Shown here piece after piece: positions 17,461 through 25,394 of a DNA stretch of 64,000 bases; within the stretch, counting starts at the first letter, position 1, and each line of letters begins with the position of its first letter. The stretch lies in the NCBI GenBank assembly GCA_036824145.1, contig DAITAT010000002.1, forward strand, positions 929 to 64,928, read 5' to 3'. Source of the stretch: Candidatus Dormiibacterota bacterium. GTDB lineage: Bacteria > Chloroflexota > Dormibacteria > DASZGP01. The translations under genes and the position numbers were made by a program. The notes under the pieces were generated by a model. The model was given only the letters and a program-made list of their open reading frames with translations, was not told the origin of the DNA and searched no databases.

Positions 17461-18953
17461 TGCATTCGCTCCACTGCGAAGAGGAAGGGCGTCCGCAGGC
17501 TGTGATACCTGATGACCAGGTGAAGCAGGAGATTGGTGACGACGACCGCCGAGAAGAAGCTCACCGCCACCCCGATGCCCAGCGTTAGGCCGAAGCCCTT
17601 GGCCTGGGTGAATCCGACCAGCCCGGGGATCCGGTCCTGCAGGTACAGGACCGCGCAGGTGATCAGGGTGCTGATGTTGGAGTCGCGGATTGCGGGCAGG
17701 GCACGGGTGTGGGCAGCTTCAACGGCGGCCGCCAGCGAGCGGCCGTTCCGAAGTTCTTCCCTTAATCGCTCGAAGATGAGGACGTTGGCATCGACAGCCA
17801 TGCCCACGGACAGCACGAACCCGGCGATGCCGGCCAGGGTGAGAGTGACAGGGATGAGCTTGAAGGCCCCCAGGACGACCGCGGCGTAGAAGAGCAAGGC
17901 CAAGCTGGCGACAACTCCGGGCAGCCGGTAATAGCCGATCATGAACACCACCACCACGGCCAGGCCAAGCGCCCCGCCCAGCAGGCTCAAGCGCACCGAG
18001 TCCGAGCCAAGCGTCGCCCCCACCGAGTTGGCTGCAACGATGGTGATCTTGCCGGGAAGCTTGCCGGCGTTGAGGGTGGCGACAAGATCCTTGCGGTAGG
18101 TGGTGTCCGAGCTGACGTTGCCGCCGGAAATCTGGAATTGGCCGCCGGTCAGCGCCGACTGGACATTGGCGTTGTTCACCATGGTGTTGTCGAGGAAGAT
18201 GGCGAGCTGGTTGGCCGGCGTCCCCTGTGTCTGAGCCGCCATCGGCGTCGACTGCTGGCCGAGGATGTTCGACCCGGCGTCGGTCAGTGAGATGCTGACG
18301 ATTGGTTGGTTGGTGTTGGTGTCGGTGCTCTCGCTGGCGACGGTGATCTGGCTGCCGTCCAAGCCGAACTCTTTGGGCAGGTAGCCGAGGGGGATGCACT
18401 CCTTGGTGGCGCTGCCGAAGCAGGTGCCGCCCTCAGAGACGGGAACGTAGCTCGGGTCGACGATGGGATCACCGGTGGCGTCTTTGGGGACCCCGAGTTT
18501 CCCCCCCGGACCCGGCGTGGCCGGCGTCCAGACTCGGAACGTGAGCTTGGAAGTCTTACCCACAAGCTGGCGGGCGCGGTCGAAATCGACACCGGGGAGT
18601 TGGACCACGACCCGGTTCGCGCCCTGGGTCTGGACCACTGCCTCGCGCACGCCGATGTTGTTGACGCGGTTCTCCATGACCTGCACGGTGGAGTTCTGGG
18701 CGTCCTGCATGGTGTTGTTGCGAGCCAGCGATCGAGGGTCGATCTCGAGCACGATCTCGGTGCCGCCCTGCAAGTCAAGCCCCTTCGAGACGAAGAGCTG
18801 GCGGCCGAACAGCGTAGGCGTCTGAGTGGCCTGCAGAGGTTGGCTGAAAGGGATGTGGTTGAAATACCGGTAGATGTAGCTGTACCCGTCGATGAAGATC
18901 GCCACCAGGGCCACAAACAGGACCCCGAAGGCCAGCCATCTATTTATCCGCAC
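17457..18953 (-). CDS. secD: Protein translocase subunit SecD
   Basis: 498-aa ORF with an N-terminal TM segment, a large extracytoplasmic domain and a C-terminal SecD/SecF TM bundle. It overlaps the tgt 3' end by 14 nt, and there is no yajC between them. Confidence 0.9.
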   Translation of the reverse strand: MRINRWLAFGVLFVALVAIFIDGYSYIYRYFNHIPFSQPLQATQTPTLFGRQLFVSKGLDLQGGTEIVLEIDPRSLARNNTMQDAQNSTVQVMENRVNNIGVREAVVQTQGANRVVVQLPGVDFDRARQLVGKTSKLTFRVWTPATPGPGGKLGVPKDATGDPIVDPSYVPVSEGGTCFGSATKECIPLGYLPKEFGLDGSQITVASESTDTNTNQPIVSISLTDAGSNILGQQSTPMAAQTQGTPANQLAIFLDNTMVNNANVQSALTGGQFQISGGNVSSDTTYRKDLVATLNAGKLPGKITIVAANSVGATLGSDSVRLSLLGGALGLAVVVVFMIGYYRLPGVVASLALLFYAAVVLGAFKLIPVTLTLAGIAGFVLSVGMAVDANVLIFERLREELRNGRSLAAAVEAAHTRALPAIRDSNISTLITCAVLYLQDRIPGLVGFTQAKGFGLTLGIGVAVSFFSAVVVTNLLLHLVIRYHSLRTPFLFAVERMQ

Positions 18954-20064
18954 GGCGTCGGATTATATCTGCGCCATCGATTCGCGCGGATTGGAACTGG
19001 GCGAACTCACCGGCCAGGATGGCAACGCGAGCGAGTCGGGTCAGCTCGAGGGTGTGGTGCAGGTTATGGATCGTCAGTAGGCGGTAGCCCAGCAGTTCAC
19101 CACGGAGGAAGAGATAGCGAAGCTGAGCGCGGGAGTGGCTGCGACACGCGGCGCAGGCGCAGCCCTCCTCGAGGGGGCCGGGGTCATCGGTGTAGGCGGC
19201 GTTGGAGATGTTGAGGCGGTCGGGCCCGACCAGCGCCGAGCCCGTCCGCGCCAGCCGAGTCGGCCAGACGCAATCGAAGAGGTCGACGCCGGCGGCGATC
19301 GCACCGAGCAGCTCGGGCTCGCTGCCGACGCCCATCAGGTAGCGCGGCTTGTCCGCGGCCAGCTCCTGGTTGACCACCACGGCCAGCTCGTGCCCCAGGC
19401 CCGCCGGCTCGCCGAGGCTGAGGCCGCCGATGGCGTTGCCGGGGAAACTCATGGCATCGATGGCGCGTGCGCTCTGGCGTCGCAGCTCGGGGTTGAAGCC
19501 CCCCTGCACGATGCCAAATAGCTCGGTTGGACCACGACTCCAGGCATCACGGCATCGCTCGGCCCAGAGGTGAGTGCGCTCGGTGGCGGCCTCGGCGGCG
19601 GCCGGTGCGGCCGGGTATCCCACCGGGTGATCCAGCGCCATCATCACGTCCGGCGCCATCTGCTCCTGGAGGGCGATCGCCAGCTCGGGGGTGAGCTTCC
19701 GCTCCTCCCCCTCGGCATCCTGGAAGCGCACGCCGTCGTCGTCGACGGTGGCCGTGCCGGCTCGGTCGAGACTGACGGCCTGGTAGCCGCCGCTGTCGGT
19801 GAGGATGTTGCCCTGCCAGCCGGTCAAGGCGTGCAGGCCGCCGGCCTGTGCCACGGCATCGCCCCCGGGCGCCATCCACAGGTGGTAGGCGTTGGCCAGG
19901 ATGATGCTCGGCCCAAGGCGGCGGAGGTCCTCGGTGTCGATCGCCTTGACAGTGCCCCGGGTGCCCACCGGCATGAAGGATGGCGTCTCGACGACGCCAT
20001 GGCCCAGGGTCAGGCGCGCGGCCCGCGGCGACACCGCCCCGCCAGCGAGCAGCTCGAATTTCAG
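18940..20064 (-). CDS. tgt: Queuine tRNA-ribosyltransferase
   Basis: Motifs VETPSFMPVGTRGTVK, ILTDSGGYQ and the zinc-site CACAAC...H are present. Residues KFEL follow a CTG at exactly the position of Met1-KFEL in E. coli Tgt. The start is therefore placed at CTG 20064..20062, overlapping the queA TGA. Track ORF 18940..20376 reads through queA in another frame. Confidence 0.9.
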   Translation of the reverse strand: MKFELLAGGAVSPRAARLTLGHGVVETPSFMPVGTRGTVKAIDTEDLRRLGPSIILANAYHLWMAPGGDAVAQAGGLHALTGWQGNILTDSGGYQAVSLDRAGTATVDDDGVRFQDAEGEERKLTPELAIALQEQMAPDVMMALDHPVGYPAAPAAAEAATERTHLWAERCRDAWSRGPTELFGIVQGGFNPELRRQSARAIDAMSFPGNAIGGLSLGEPAGLGHELAVVVNQELAADKPRYLMGVGSEPELLGAIAAGVDLFDCVWPTRLARTGSALVGPDRLNISNAAYTDDPGPLEEGCACAACRSHSRAQLRYLFLRGELLGYRLLTIHNLHHTLELTRLARVAILAGEFAQFQSARIDGADIIRRRADK

Positions 20065-21128
20065 GCCGGCTCCAGCAGCATCGCGTCGCCAAAGCTGTAG
20101 AACCGGTAGCCGCGCTCGATGGCCTCCCCGTAGGCCGCCAACACCCGCTCGCGGCCCGCGAACGCCGACACCATCACCAGCAGCGTGCTCTTGGGGAGGT
20201 GGAAGTTGGTTAGCAGCAGGTCGACTTCGCGGAACCGAAAGCCGGGACGGATGAAGATGTCGGTGTCGCCGGCGTCGGGGATGAGGTCGGCCCGGGAGCG
20301 TTTGAGGGCGGCCGCCTCCAGGGCGCGCGCGGAGGTGGTGCCGACTGCCACGACCCGGCCGCCGCGTCCCCGACATGCGTCGATGGCGGCACGCGTCGGC
20401 CGGGGGATGCGATAGGCCTCCGAATGCATCCGATGCTCCTTTAGGTTCTCGGTGCGCAGTGGCTGGAAAGTGTCGAGCCCGATCCGCAGCGTCAGCGCGG
20501 CGCGCTCGATGCCGGCCGCCTGGAGCCCATCCATCATCGCGTCGGTGAAGTGCAGGCCGGCTGTGGGCGCGGCGGCCGAGCCGCGCACGCGGGCGTAAAC
20601 CGTCTGGTAGCGCTCGGGGTCGTTGAGGCGCTCTTTGATGTAAGGCGGCAGGGGCGCCTCGCCGATCTCAGGCAGCAGCGCTTTCAGCCGGCCAGGCGGC
20701 GAGAAGCGCAGGACCCGGCCACCGCCGGGCGACTGCTCGACGACGTCCGCCCACAACGAGAACCGGAGCTGGAGCCGCGCCCCCGGATAGGCGGCCTTAC
20801 CAGGGCGCACCAGGCACTCCCAACTGTCTGCATCCTTGCCAATGGGATTCAGGAGCAGGATCTCGGCACCGCGCTCCCTGAGCCGGAAACGAATCCGCGC
20901 CGGCAGCACCCGGGTTTCGTTGACCACCAGAAGGTCGCCGGCGCGGAGCTGGTCCGGGAGGTCAGAGAACGTGAGGTCCCGCGCCGCGCCGCCGGCGGGC
21001 AGATGGAGCAGCCGCGACGAGTCGCGCTGCTCCAGGGGATGCTGAGCGATCAGCCCCGGAGGCAGCTCGAATTCGTAGTCGGCCAGCAGCCCGCCGTCGG
21101 CCTCCGCCGGTCGGCCCATCGCTTCCAA
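20061..21128 (-). CDS. queA: S-adenosylmethionine:tRNA ribosyltransferase-isomerase
   Basis: 355-aa ORF (TTG start; an alternative ATG is at 21119). The segment YEFELPPGLIAQHPLEQRDSSRLL is typical QueA. It is adjacent to tgt. Confidence 0.9.
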   Translation of the reverse strand: MEAMGRPAEADGGLLADYEFELPPGLIAQHPLEQRDSSRLLHLPAGGAARDLTFSDLPDQLRAGDLLVVNETRVLPARIRFRLRERGAEILLLNPIGKDADSWECLVRPGKAAYPGARLQLRFSLWADVVEQSPGGGRVLRFSPPGRLKALLPEIGEAPLPPYIKERLNDPERYQTVYARVRGSAAAPTAGLHFTDAMMDGLQAAGIERAALTLRIGLDTFQPLRTENLKEHRMHSEAYRIPRPTRAAIDACRGRGGRVVAVGTTSARALEAAALKRSRADLIPDAGDTDIFIRPGFRFREVDLLLTNFHLPKSTLLVMVSAFAGRERVLAAYGEAIERGYRFYSFGDAMLLEPA

Positions 21129-21135
21129 GGCCGGG

Positions 21136-22164
21136 CTAGGTAAAGAGGTCGGGCTGGTCGCTCCGCGCCGGCGGCTTCAGGCCGAGGTGGGTGTAGGCCA
21201 ACTTGGTGGCGACCCGGCCGCGCGGCGTGCGGGCGAGGAAGCCCAGCTGGATCAGGAACGGCTCGAAGACCTCCTCAACCGTCTCGCGCTCCTCGGAGAT
21301 CGAAACCGCCACCGTGTCGACCCCGACCGGGCCTCCCCCGTATTTCTCGATCACTGTCGAGAGGATGCGCCGGTCGAGTTGGTCCAGGCCCGCGGAGTCG
21401 ATCGACAGCAACTCCATGGTGGCGCTGACAGCGGCGGCGTCGATTCGCCCGGAGCCCTTGACCTGGGCCCAGTCGCGGACCCGACGCAGGAGCCGGTTGG
21501 CGATCCGCGGCGTGCCCCGGGAGCGCATCGACAACACTTCGGCGGCATCGGCGTCGATCTCGATGCCGAGGATCTTGGCCGACCGCAGCAGGATGGCGTG
21601 GATGTCGGCGGGATCGTAGAACTCGAGCCGGAAGATGGCCCCGAAGCGATCGCGCAGCGGTGAGGACAGCATCCCCTGGCGGGTGGTCGCGCCGATGACG
21701 GTGAAGTTCGGCAGGTTGAGCCGGAGCGACTGGGCGCCGGCGCCCTTGCCGCTGACCCAGTCGAATTTGAAGTCCTCCATCGCCGGGTAGAGAGACTCCT
21801 CCACCGGTCGCGCCAGGCGATGGATCTCATCGACGAAGAAGACGCCGCCCTCCTCCAGGTTCATCAGGATCGAGGCCAGCGCTCCCTGGTGCTCGATCGC
21901 GGGCCCCGAGCTGGTCCTGATCTCGACCCCCAGCTCGTTGGCAAGGATGTTCGCGAGAGTGGTCTTGCCCAGGCCCGGTGAGCCGCAGAGGAGAATGTGC
22001 TCGAGAGCCTCACCGCGACGTTTGGCGCCTTCGAGGATCAGCTCCAGGTTGTCCTTCAGGGGCCGCTGGCCGATGAACTCCGAGAGCCGGCGCGGACGGA
22101 GACTGACTTCGATCTCGTCCTCGACGCCGAGGCTCTGCGGCTCCAGCACCCGCGCTTCACTCAT
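21136..22164 (-). CDS. ruvB: Holliday junction branch migration helicase RuvB
   Basis: 342-aa ORF with AGGAG SD upstream, Walker [10 protein letters not shown] and Walker B FVDEIHRL. Confidence 0.95.
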   Translation of the reverse strand: MSEARVLEPQSLGVEDEIEVSLRPRRLSEFIGQRPLKDNLELILEGAKRRGEALEHILLCGSPGLGKTTLANILANELGVEIRTSSGPAIEHQGALASILMNLEEGGVFFVDEIHRLARPVEESLYPAMEDFKFDWVSGKGAGAQSLRLNLPNFTVIGATTRQGMLSSPLRDRFGAIFRLEFYDPADIHAILLRSAKILGIEIDADAAEVLSMRSRGTPRIANRLLRRVRDWAQVKGSGRIDAAAVSATMELLSIDSAGLDQLDRRILSTVIEKYGGGPVGVDTVAVSISEERETVEEVFEPFLIQLGFLARTPRGRVATKLAYTHLGLKPPARSDQPDLFT

Positions 22165-22247
22165 GGCCGAACTCCTGCTGCAACGTGTGGTTGACTGACT
22201 CAGGACCTGGCCCGATCTTAGGATCTGCCACAGGAAAAAGAAAGCAC

Positions 22248-22859
22248 TCAGCCGGAACGATCGAGCGCCTTGAGCACCTCGGTCACCACGGTTTCGAGCG
22301 CCATCTCGTCGTTGATGTCGATGGCGCCCAACGCGCGCCGAACCTCCGACTCTCGATACCCCAGTGAAACCAGGGCGCGGACCGAGCCCTCGGCAACACC
22401 CGGGCGTATTCCGCCCGTGGCTTCGGCGCCGTCAGCTGTGGCACCGCTGAGATATTCCTCCCTGAGCTTGTCGCGGAGCTCGAGGATCACACGGGCGGCG
22501 GTCTTGATCCCGATGCCGGGGACTGTGGCCAGCAGCGCTTTATCCTCCTGGAAGACGGCTTTCTTGAGCAAGGTGACGTCGGACTGGGAGATCATCCCGA
22601 GCGCCGCCTTGGGCCCAATCCCCTTCACCGACATCAGCAGCTCGAAGAACTCGCGGTCCTCAACCGTCTTGAAGCCGTAGAGCGAGATCTGGTCCTCACG
22701 TACGTAGGTGTGGATGTGCAGGTAGACGTCCGCGCCGATGGTGGCCACCTCGGCCAGAAGGCGGCCTGGGGCGGTCACGAGATAGCCGACGTCGCCGACC
22801 TCGACGACCATCGTCTCGATGCCGACATGACTGACCTTGCCCCGCAGGGTGGCAATCAC
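22248..22859 (-). CDS. ruvA: Holliday junction DNA-binding protein RuvA
   Basis: Start at GTG 22859..22857, which overlaps the ruvC TGA (GTGA) and has GGGGAGG upstream. The product begins [13 protein letters not shown], aligning with MIGRLRG of E. coli RuvA. Confidence 0.9.
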   Translation of the reverse strand: MIATLRGKVSHVGIETMVVEVGDVGYLVTAPGRLLAEVATIGADVYLHIHTYVREDQISLYGFKTVEDREFFELLMSVKGIGPKAALGMISQSDVTLLKKAVFQEDKALLATVPGIGIKTAARVILELRDKLREEYLSGATADGAEATGGIRPGVAEGSVRALVSLGYRESEVRRALGAIDINDEMALETVVTEVLKALDRSG

Positions 22860-23356
22860 GAAACCTGCCTCCCCGGCTGAAGACGATGGCTCTGGAGGTG
22901 ACAAAGGGCGATGGCGACGGCGTCGAAGGCATCGTCGGGCAGCTTGTCGGGAGCCTCCACGGAAGCCCGCACCATCTTGATCATCTGCGGCTTGGTGGCC
23001 TTGCCATAGCCGGTCAGCGAGCTCTTGACCTGCATCGGGGTGTACTCCCAGACCGCCAGCCCGCTCTCCTCCATCGCCAGCAGGATAACGCCGCGGGCCT
23101 CAGCCACCTGCATCGCGGTGGTGGTGTTGCTGGCGAAGAAGAGTTGCTCGACCGCGGCCGCGTCGGGCTTGGTCTCGGCGATCAGGACGCTGAGCTCGCG
23201 GTGAAGCTGCGCAAGGCGTTTGGGACCGGCCATTCCAGCCGTCGTCGTGATCACGCCGAAGTGCGAGAGCGTGCGCTTGCCGCCGGCGCTGCGGACCAGG
23301 GCCACCCCGGTGGTAGCGATGCCAGGGTCGACGCCGAGGACCAGCGTGTCGGTCAC
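22856..23356 (-). CDS. ruvC: Crossover junction endodeoxyribonuclease RuvC
   Basis: 166-aa ORF with LGVDPGIATTG (catalytic Asp) and DAFDAVAIALCH near the C-terminus. Confidence 0.9.
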   Translation of the reverse strand: MTDTLVLGVDPGIATTGVALVRSAGGKRTLSHFGVITTTAGMAGPKRLAQLHRELSVLIAETKPDAAAVEQLFFASNTTTAMQVAEARGVILLAMEESGLAVWEYTPMQVKSSLTGYGKATKPQMIKMVRASVEAPDKLPDDAFDAVAIALCHLQSHRLQPGRQVS

Positions 23357-23366
23357 GCCCGGCGTC

Positions 23367-24125
23367 TCAGACCGCCTGGCTGAGCTTTTCCAGCTTCTCC
23401 GAGTCGATGTCGAAGTTGGCGTATACCTGCTGGGCGTCGTCGGAGTCTTCGAGCGCCTCCATCAGCCGAAGCAAGGTCGACGCGTCGCTATCGTCGGTCA
23501 CGGGGACGGTCTGGCTGGGCGTCATGGTGAGCTCCGCGGAGGCGATCTTGGCGCCCAGTCCGGCCAGGCCTTCGCGGACCTTCTCGAAGTCATCCGGCTC
23601 GGTCTCCACGTCCAGCTGGCCGTCGCTGACCTGGACGTCGGTGGCGCCGAGCTCGATCACCTCTAGCGCCAGCTCGTCGGGATTCTTGCCGGCGGGGTCC
23701 GCCATGATCACCCCCTGGCGCTTGAAGATCCAAGCCACCGATCCCTGCTCGGCGACGTTGCCGCCGTGACGGGTGAAGATGCTGCGGATCTCAGAGGCGG
23801 TGCGGTTGCGGTTGTCGCTGAGGGCGTCGACCATGATCGCTACGCCGCCGGGGCCATAGCCCTCGTAGCGCAGCTCCTCGTAGTGAACGCCGCCCTGCTC
23901 GCCGGTGCCGCGCTTGATGGCGCGGTCGATGCTGTCGGCAGGCATGTTGACCTCGCGGGCCTTCTGCACGGCGAGCCTCAGGCGGAAGTTGGCGGTGGGG
24001 TCTCCGCCGCCCTCCTTGGCTGCGACCGCGATCTCTCGGGCCATCTTGGTGAAGATGGCGCCCTTTTTGGCGTCGGTGGCGGCCTTTTTGTGCTTGATCG
24101 TCGACCACTTGGAGTGTCCGGACAT
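23367..24125 (-). CDS. yebC: YebC/PmpR family DNA-binding transcriptional regulator
   Basis: 252-aa ORF starting with MSGHSKWSTIKHKKA, which is diagnostic of the family. Confidence 0.9.
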   Translation of the reverse strand: MSGHSKWSTIKHKKAATDAKKGAIFTKMAREIAVAAKEGGGDPTANFRLRLAVQKAREVNMPADSIDRAIKRGTGEQGGVHYEELRYEGYGPGGVAIMVDALSDNRNRTASEIRSIFTRHGGNVAEQGSVAWIFKRQGVIMADPAGKNPDELALEVIELGATDVQVSDGQLDVETEPDDFEKVREGLAGLGAKIASAELTMTPSQTVPVTDDSDASTLLRLMEALEDSDDAQQVYANFDIDSEKLEKLSQAV

Positions 24126-24132
24126 GGTTCTG

Positions 24133-24138
24133 AGTCTA
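24133..24138 (-). promoter_or_regulatory. Candidate -10 box TAGACT, 7 nt upstream of the yebC ATG (leaderless-type arrangement)
   Basis: Minus strand reads TAGACT-CAGAACC-ATG with no SD. Confidence 0.45.
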
Positions 24139-24160
24139 AGCCAGGTACCGCCGGGCGAAT

Positions 24161-25342
24161 TCAGCCGACTTTCACGCGAACGTAACGGCGCTTGCCGACC
24201 TGCCAGACATCGCCTTCGGCGGCCGAGTAGGCGCTGTTTACATCTTGGACAATGGTGCCGTTGATCTTCACGCCCCGCTGCGAGACCAGCCGCCGAGCCT
24301 CCCCTTTGCTGGTCGCCAGGTCGAGCGCCACGAGCGCATCGACAACCCTGGTCGCGCTACCGGGGAGCTTCTTCTCCTCGATCTCCTCGGGCTGCTCGCG
24401 GCGCCGAAATTGGGCCGTGAAGGCCTCCTCAGCCGCGGCGGCCTCCTCGGCAGAGTGGAAGCGCTTCACGATCGCGCGAGACAGCTCGGCCTTGACATCG
24501 CGTGGGTTTTCGCCGCCGGCCAGGCGCTCTTCGATCACGGCGACCTCCTCCTGGCTGCTGCCCACTGCGAGCAGGAAGTAGCGGCCGATCAGCTCGTCGG
24601 GGACCGACATCACCTTGCCGAACATCTCCGCGGGGGGATCGGCGACGCCAACGTGGTTGCCCAGTGACTTGCTCATCTTCTGGACCCCGTCCAAGCCTTC
24701 GAGCAGCGGCATCGTCAGCACGTCCTGCGGGGGCATCCCCGACTCGCGCTGGATGTCGCGGGCGAAGAGCAGGTTGAAGAGCTGGTCGGTGCCGCCCAGC
24801 TCAACGTCGGCCGCCACTGCCACCGAGTCGTAGCCCTGCAGCATCGGGTAGAGCAGCTCGTGCATCCCGATGACGCTGTTGCCGTCGAGGCGCTTACGGA
24901 AGTCGTCCCGGGTCGTGATCTGCGCCAGCGTCACCTTGCCCGCGATGCGGATCACGTCTGCGAGCGACAACTCATCGAACCATTCCGACTGATGCCGCAC
25001 CTCGGTCTTGTCGGGGTCGACAACCTTGAAGACCTGCGCCAGGTAGGTCTTGGCGTTGGCCTTGATCTCGTCGGGCTCAAGCGGACGCCGCGTGGTGGAC
25101 TGGCCGCTGGGATCGCCGATGCGCGCGGTGAAGTCGCCGATGATCAAGACTGCGGTATGGCCGAGGTCCTGGAAGTCGCGCAGCTTGCCCAGCACGACTG
25201 CGTGGCCAAGGTGGATGTCCGGCGAGCTGGGATCGATCCCCAGCTTGACGCGCAGCTTGTGCCCGGACTCCACGGCGGCCTGCAAGTGGTCAGCCACCTC
25301 GATGTTGACAGCGCCCCGGTTCACCTTCTCCCAGTTCTGCAT
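24161..25342 (-). CDS. tyrS: Tyrosine--tRNA ligase
   Basis: Start at the internal ATG 25342 of track ORF 24161..25534. It has HIGH-type DIHLGHAV, KMSKS (KMSKSLGN) and a C-terminal S4 domain (SKGEARRLVSQRGVKINGT). Confidence 0.9.
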   Translation of the reverse strand: MQNWEKVNRGAVNIEVADHLQAAVESGHKLRVKLGIDPSSPDIHLGHAVVLGKLRDFQDLGHTAVLIIGDFTARIGDPSGQSTTRRPLEPDEIKANAKTYLAQVFKVVDPDKTEVRHQSEWFDELSLADVIRIAGKVTLAQITTRDDFRKRLDGNSVIGMHELLYPMLQGYDSVAVAADVELGGTDQLFNLLFARDIQRESGMPPQDVLTMPLLEGLDGVQKMSKSLGNHVGVADPPAEMFGKVMSVPDELIGRYFLLAVGSSQEEVAVIEERLAGGENPRDVKAELSRAIVKRFHSAEEAAAAEEAFTAQFRRREQPEEIEEKKLPGSATRVVDALVALDLATSKGEARRLVSQRGVKINGTIVQDVNSAYSAAEGDVWQVGKRRYVRVKVG

Positions 25343-25349
25343 GGGCCAA

Positions 25350-25355
25350 ATGGTA
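25350..25355 (-). promoter_or_regulatory. Candidate -10 box TACCAT, 7 nt upstream of the tyrS ATG (leaderless-type arrangement)
   Basis: Minus strand reads TACCAT-TTGGCCC-ATG with no SD. Confidence 0.4.
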
Positions 25356-25379
25356 CCGGGAGCTCTAACGTCGCCCCGA

Positions 25380-25385
25380 TAGACT
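25380..25385 (+). promoter_or_regulatory. Candidate -10 box TAGACT, 9 nt upstream of the PBP ATG
   Basis: Plus strand reads TAGACT-GGTTTGCAG-ATG. It is divergent from the tyrS box and lies 24 nt away from it. Confidence 0.35.
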
Positions 25386-25394
25386 GGTTTGCAG

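Noticed and set aside
18940-18953. Possible missing or hidden yajC between tgt and secD (E. coli has tgt-yajC-secD-secF)
   Set aside because: tgt and secD overlap by 14 nt, so there is no room for yajC. Absence from this locus says nothing about the rest of the genome.
18940-20376. Long N-terminal extensions of true genes in the ORF track. Examples are tgt to 20376, nadK to 56171, efp to 60151, MFS to 41351, dapA to 3177, tyrS to 25534, cmk to 52323, scpB to 53883 and rpsO to 8651.
   Set aside because: The extensions run through the upstream gene in another frame and encode Pro/Arg/Ala/Ser-rich junk. The conserved N-termini align to internal starts that sit at stop-start overlaps or behind an SD or -10 box.
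22165-22247. The 83-nt ruvA-ruvB spacer with a polypyrimidine run (CTTTCTTTTTCC), a small GATC-CTAA-GATC hairpin and a TAAGAT hexamer (22220..22215)
   Set aside because: The hairpin is only 4 bp, with a weak extension. TAAGAT could be an internal ruvB promoter (ruvB has its own AGGAG SD), but the -35 region (TTTCTT) is poor and nothing distinguishes it from chance. It is not reported as a feature.
25343-25394. T-box or other riboswitch leaders upstream of tyrS, thrS (35188..35241) and metG, and a lysine riboswitch upstream of dapB/asd/dapA
   Set aside because: The available upstream spacers are only 52, 54, 0 (overlap) and 93/37 nt. That is far too short for T-box (about 200 nt or more) or L-box elements, and -10 boxes sit directly at the start codons.
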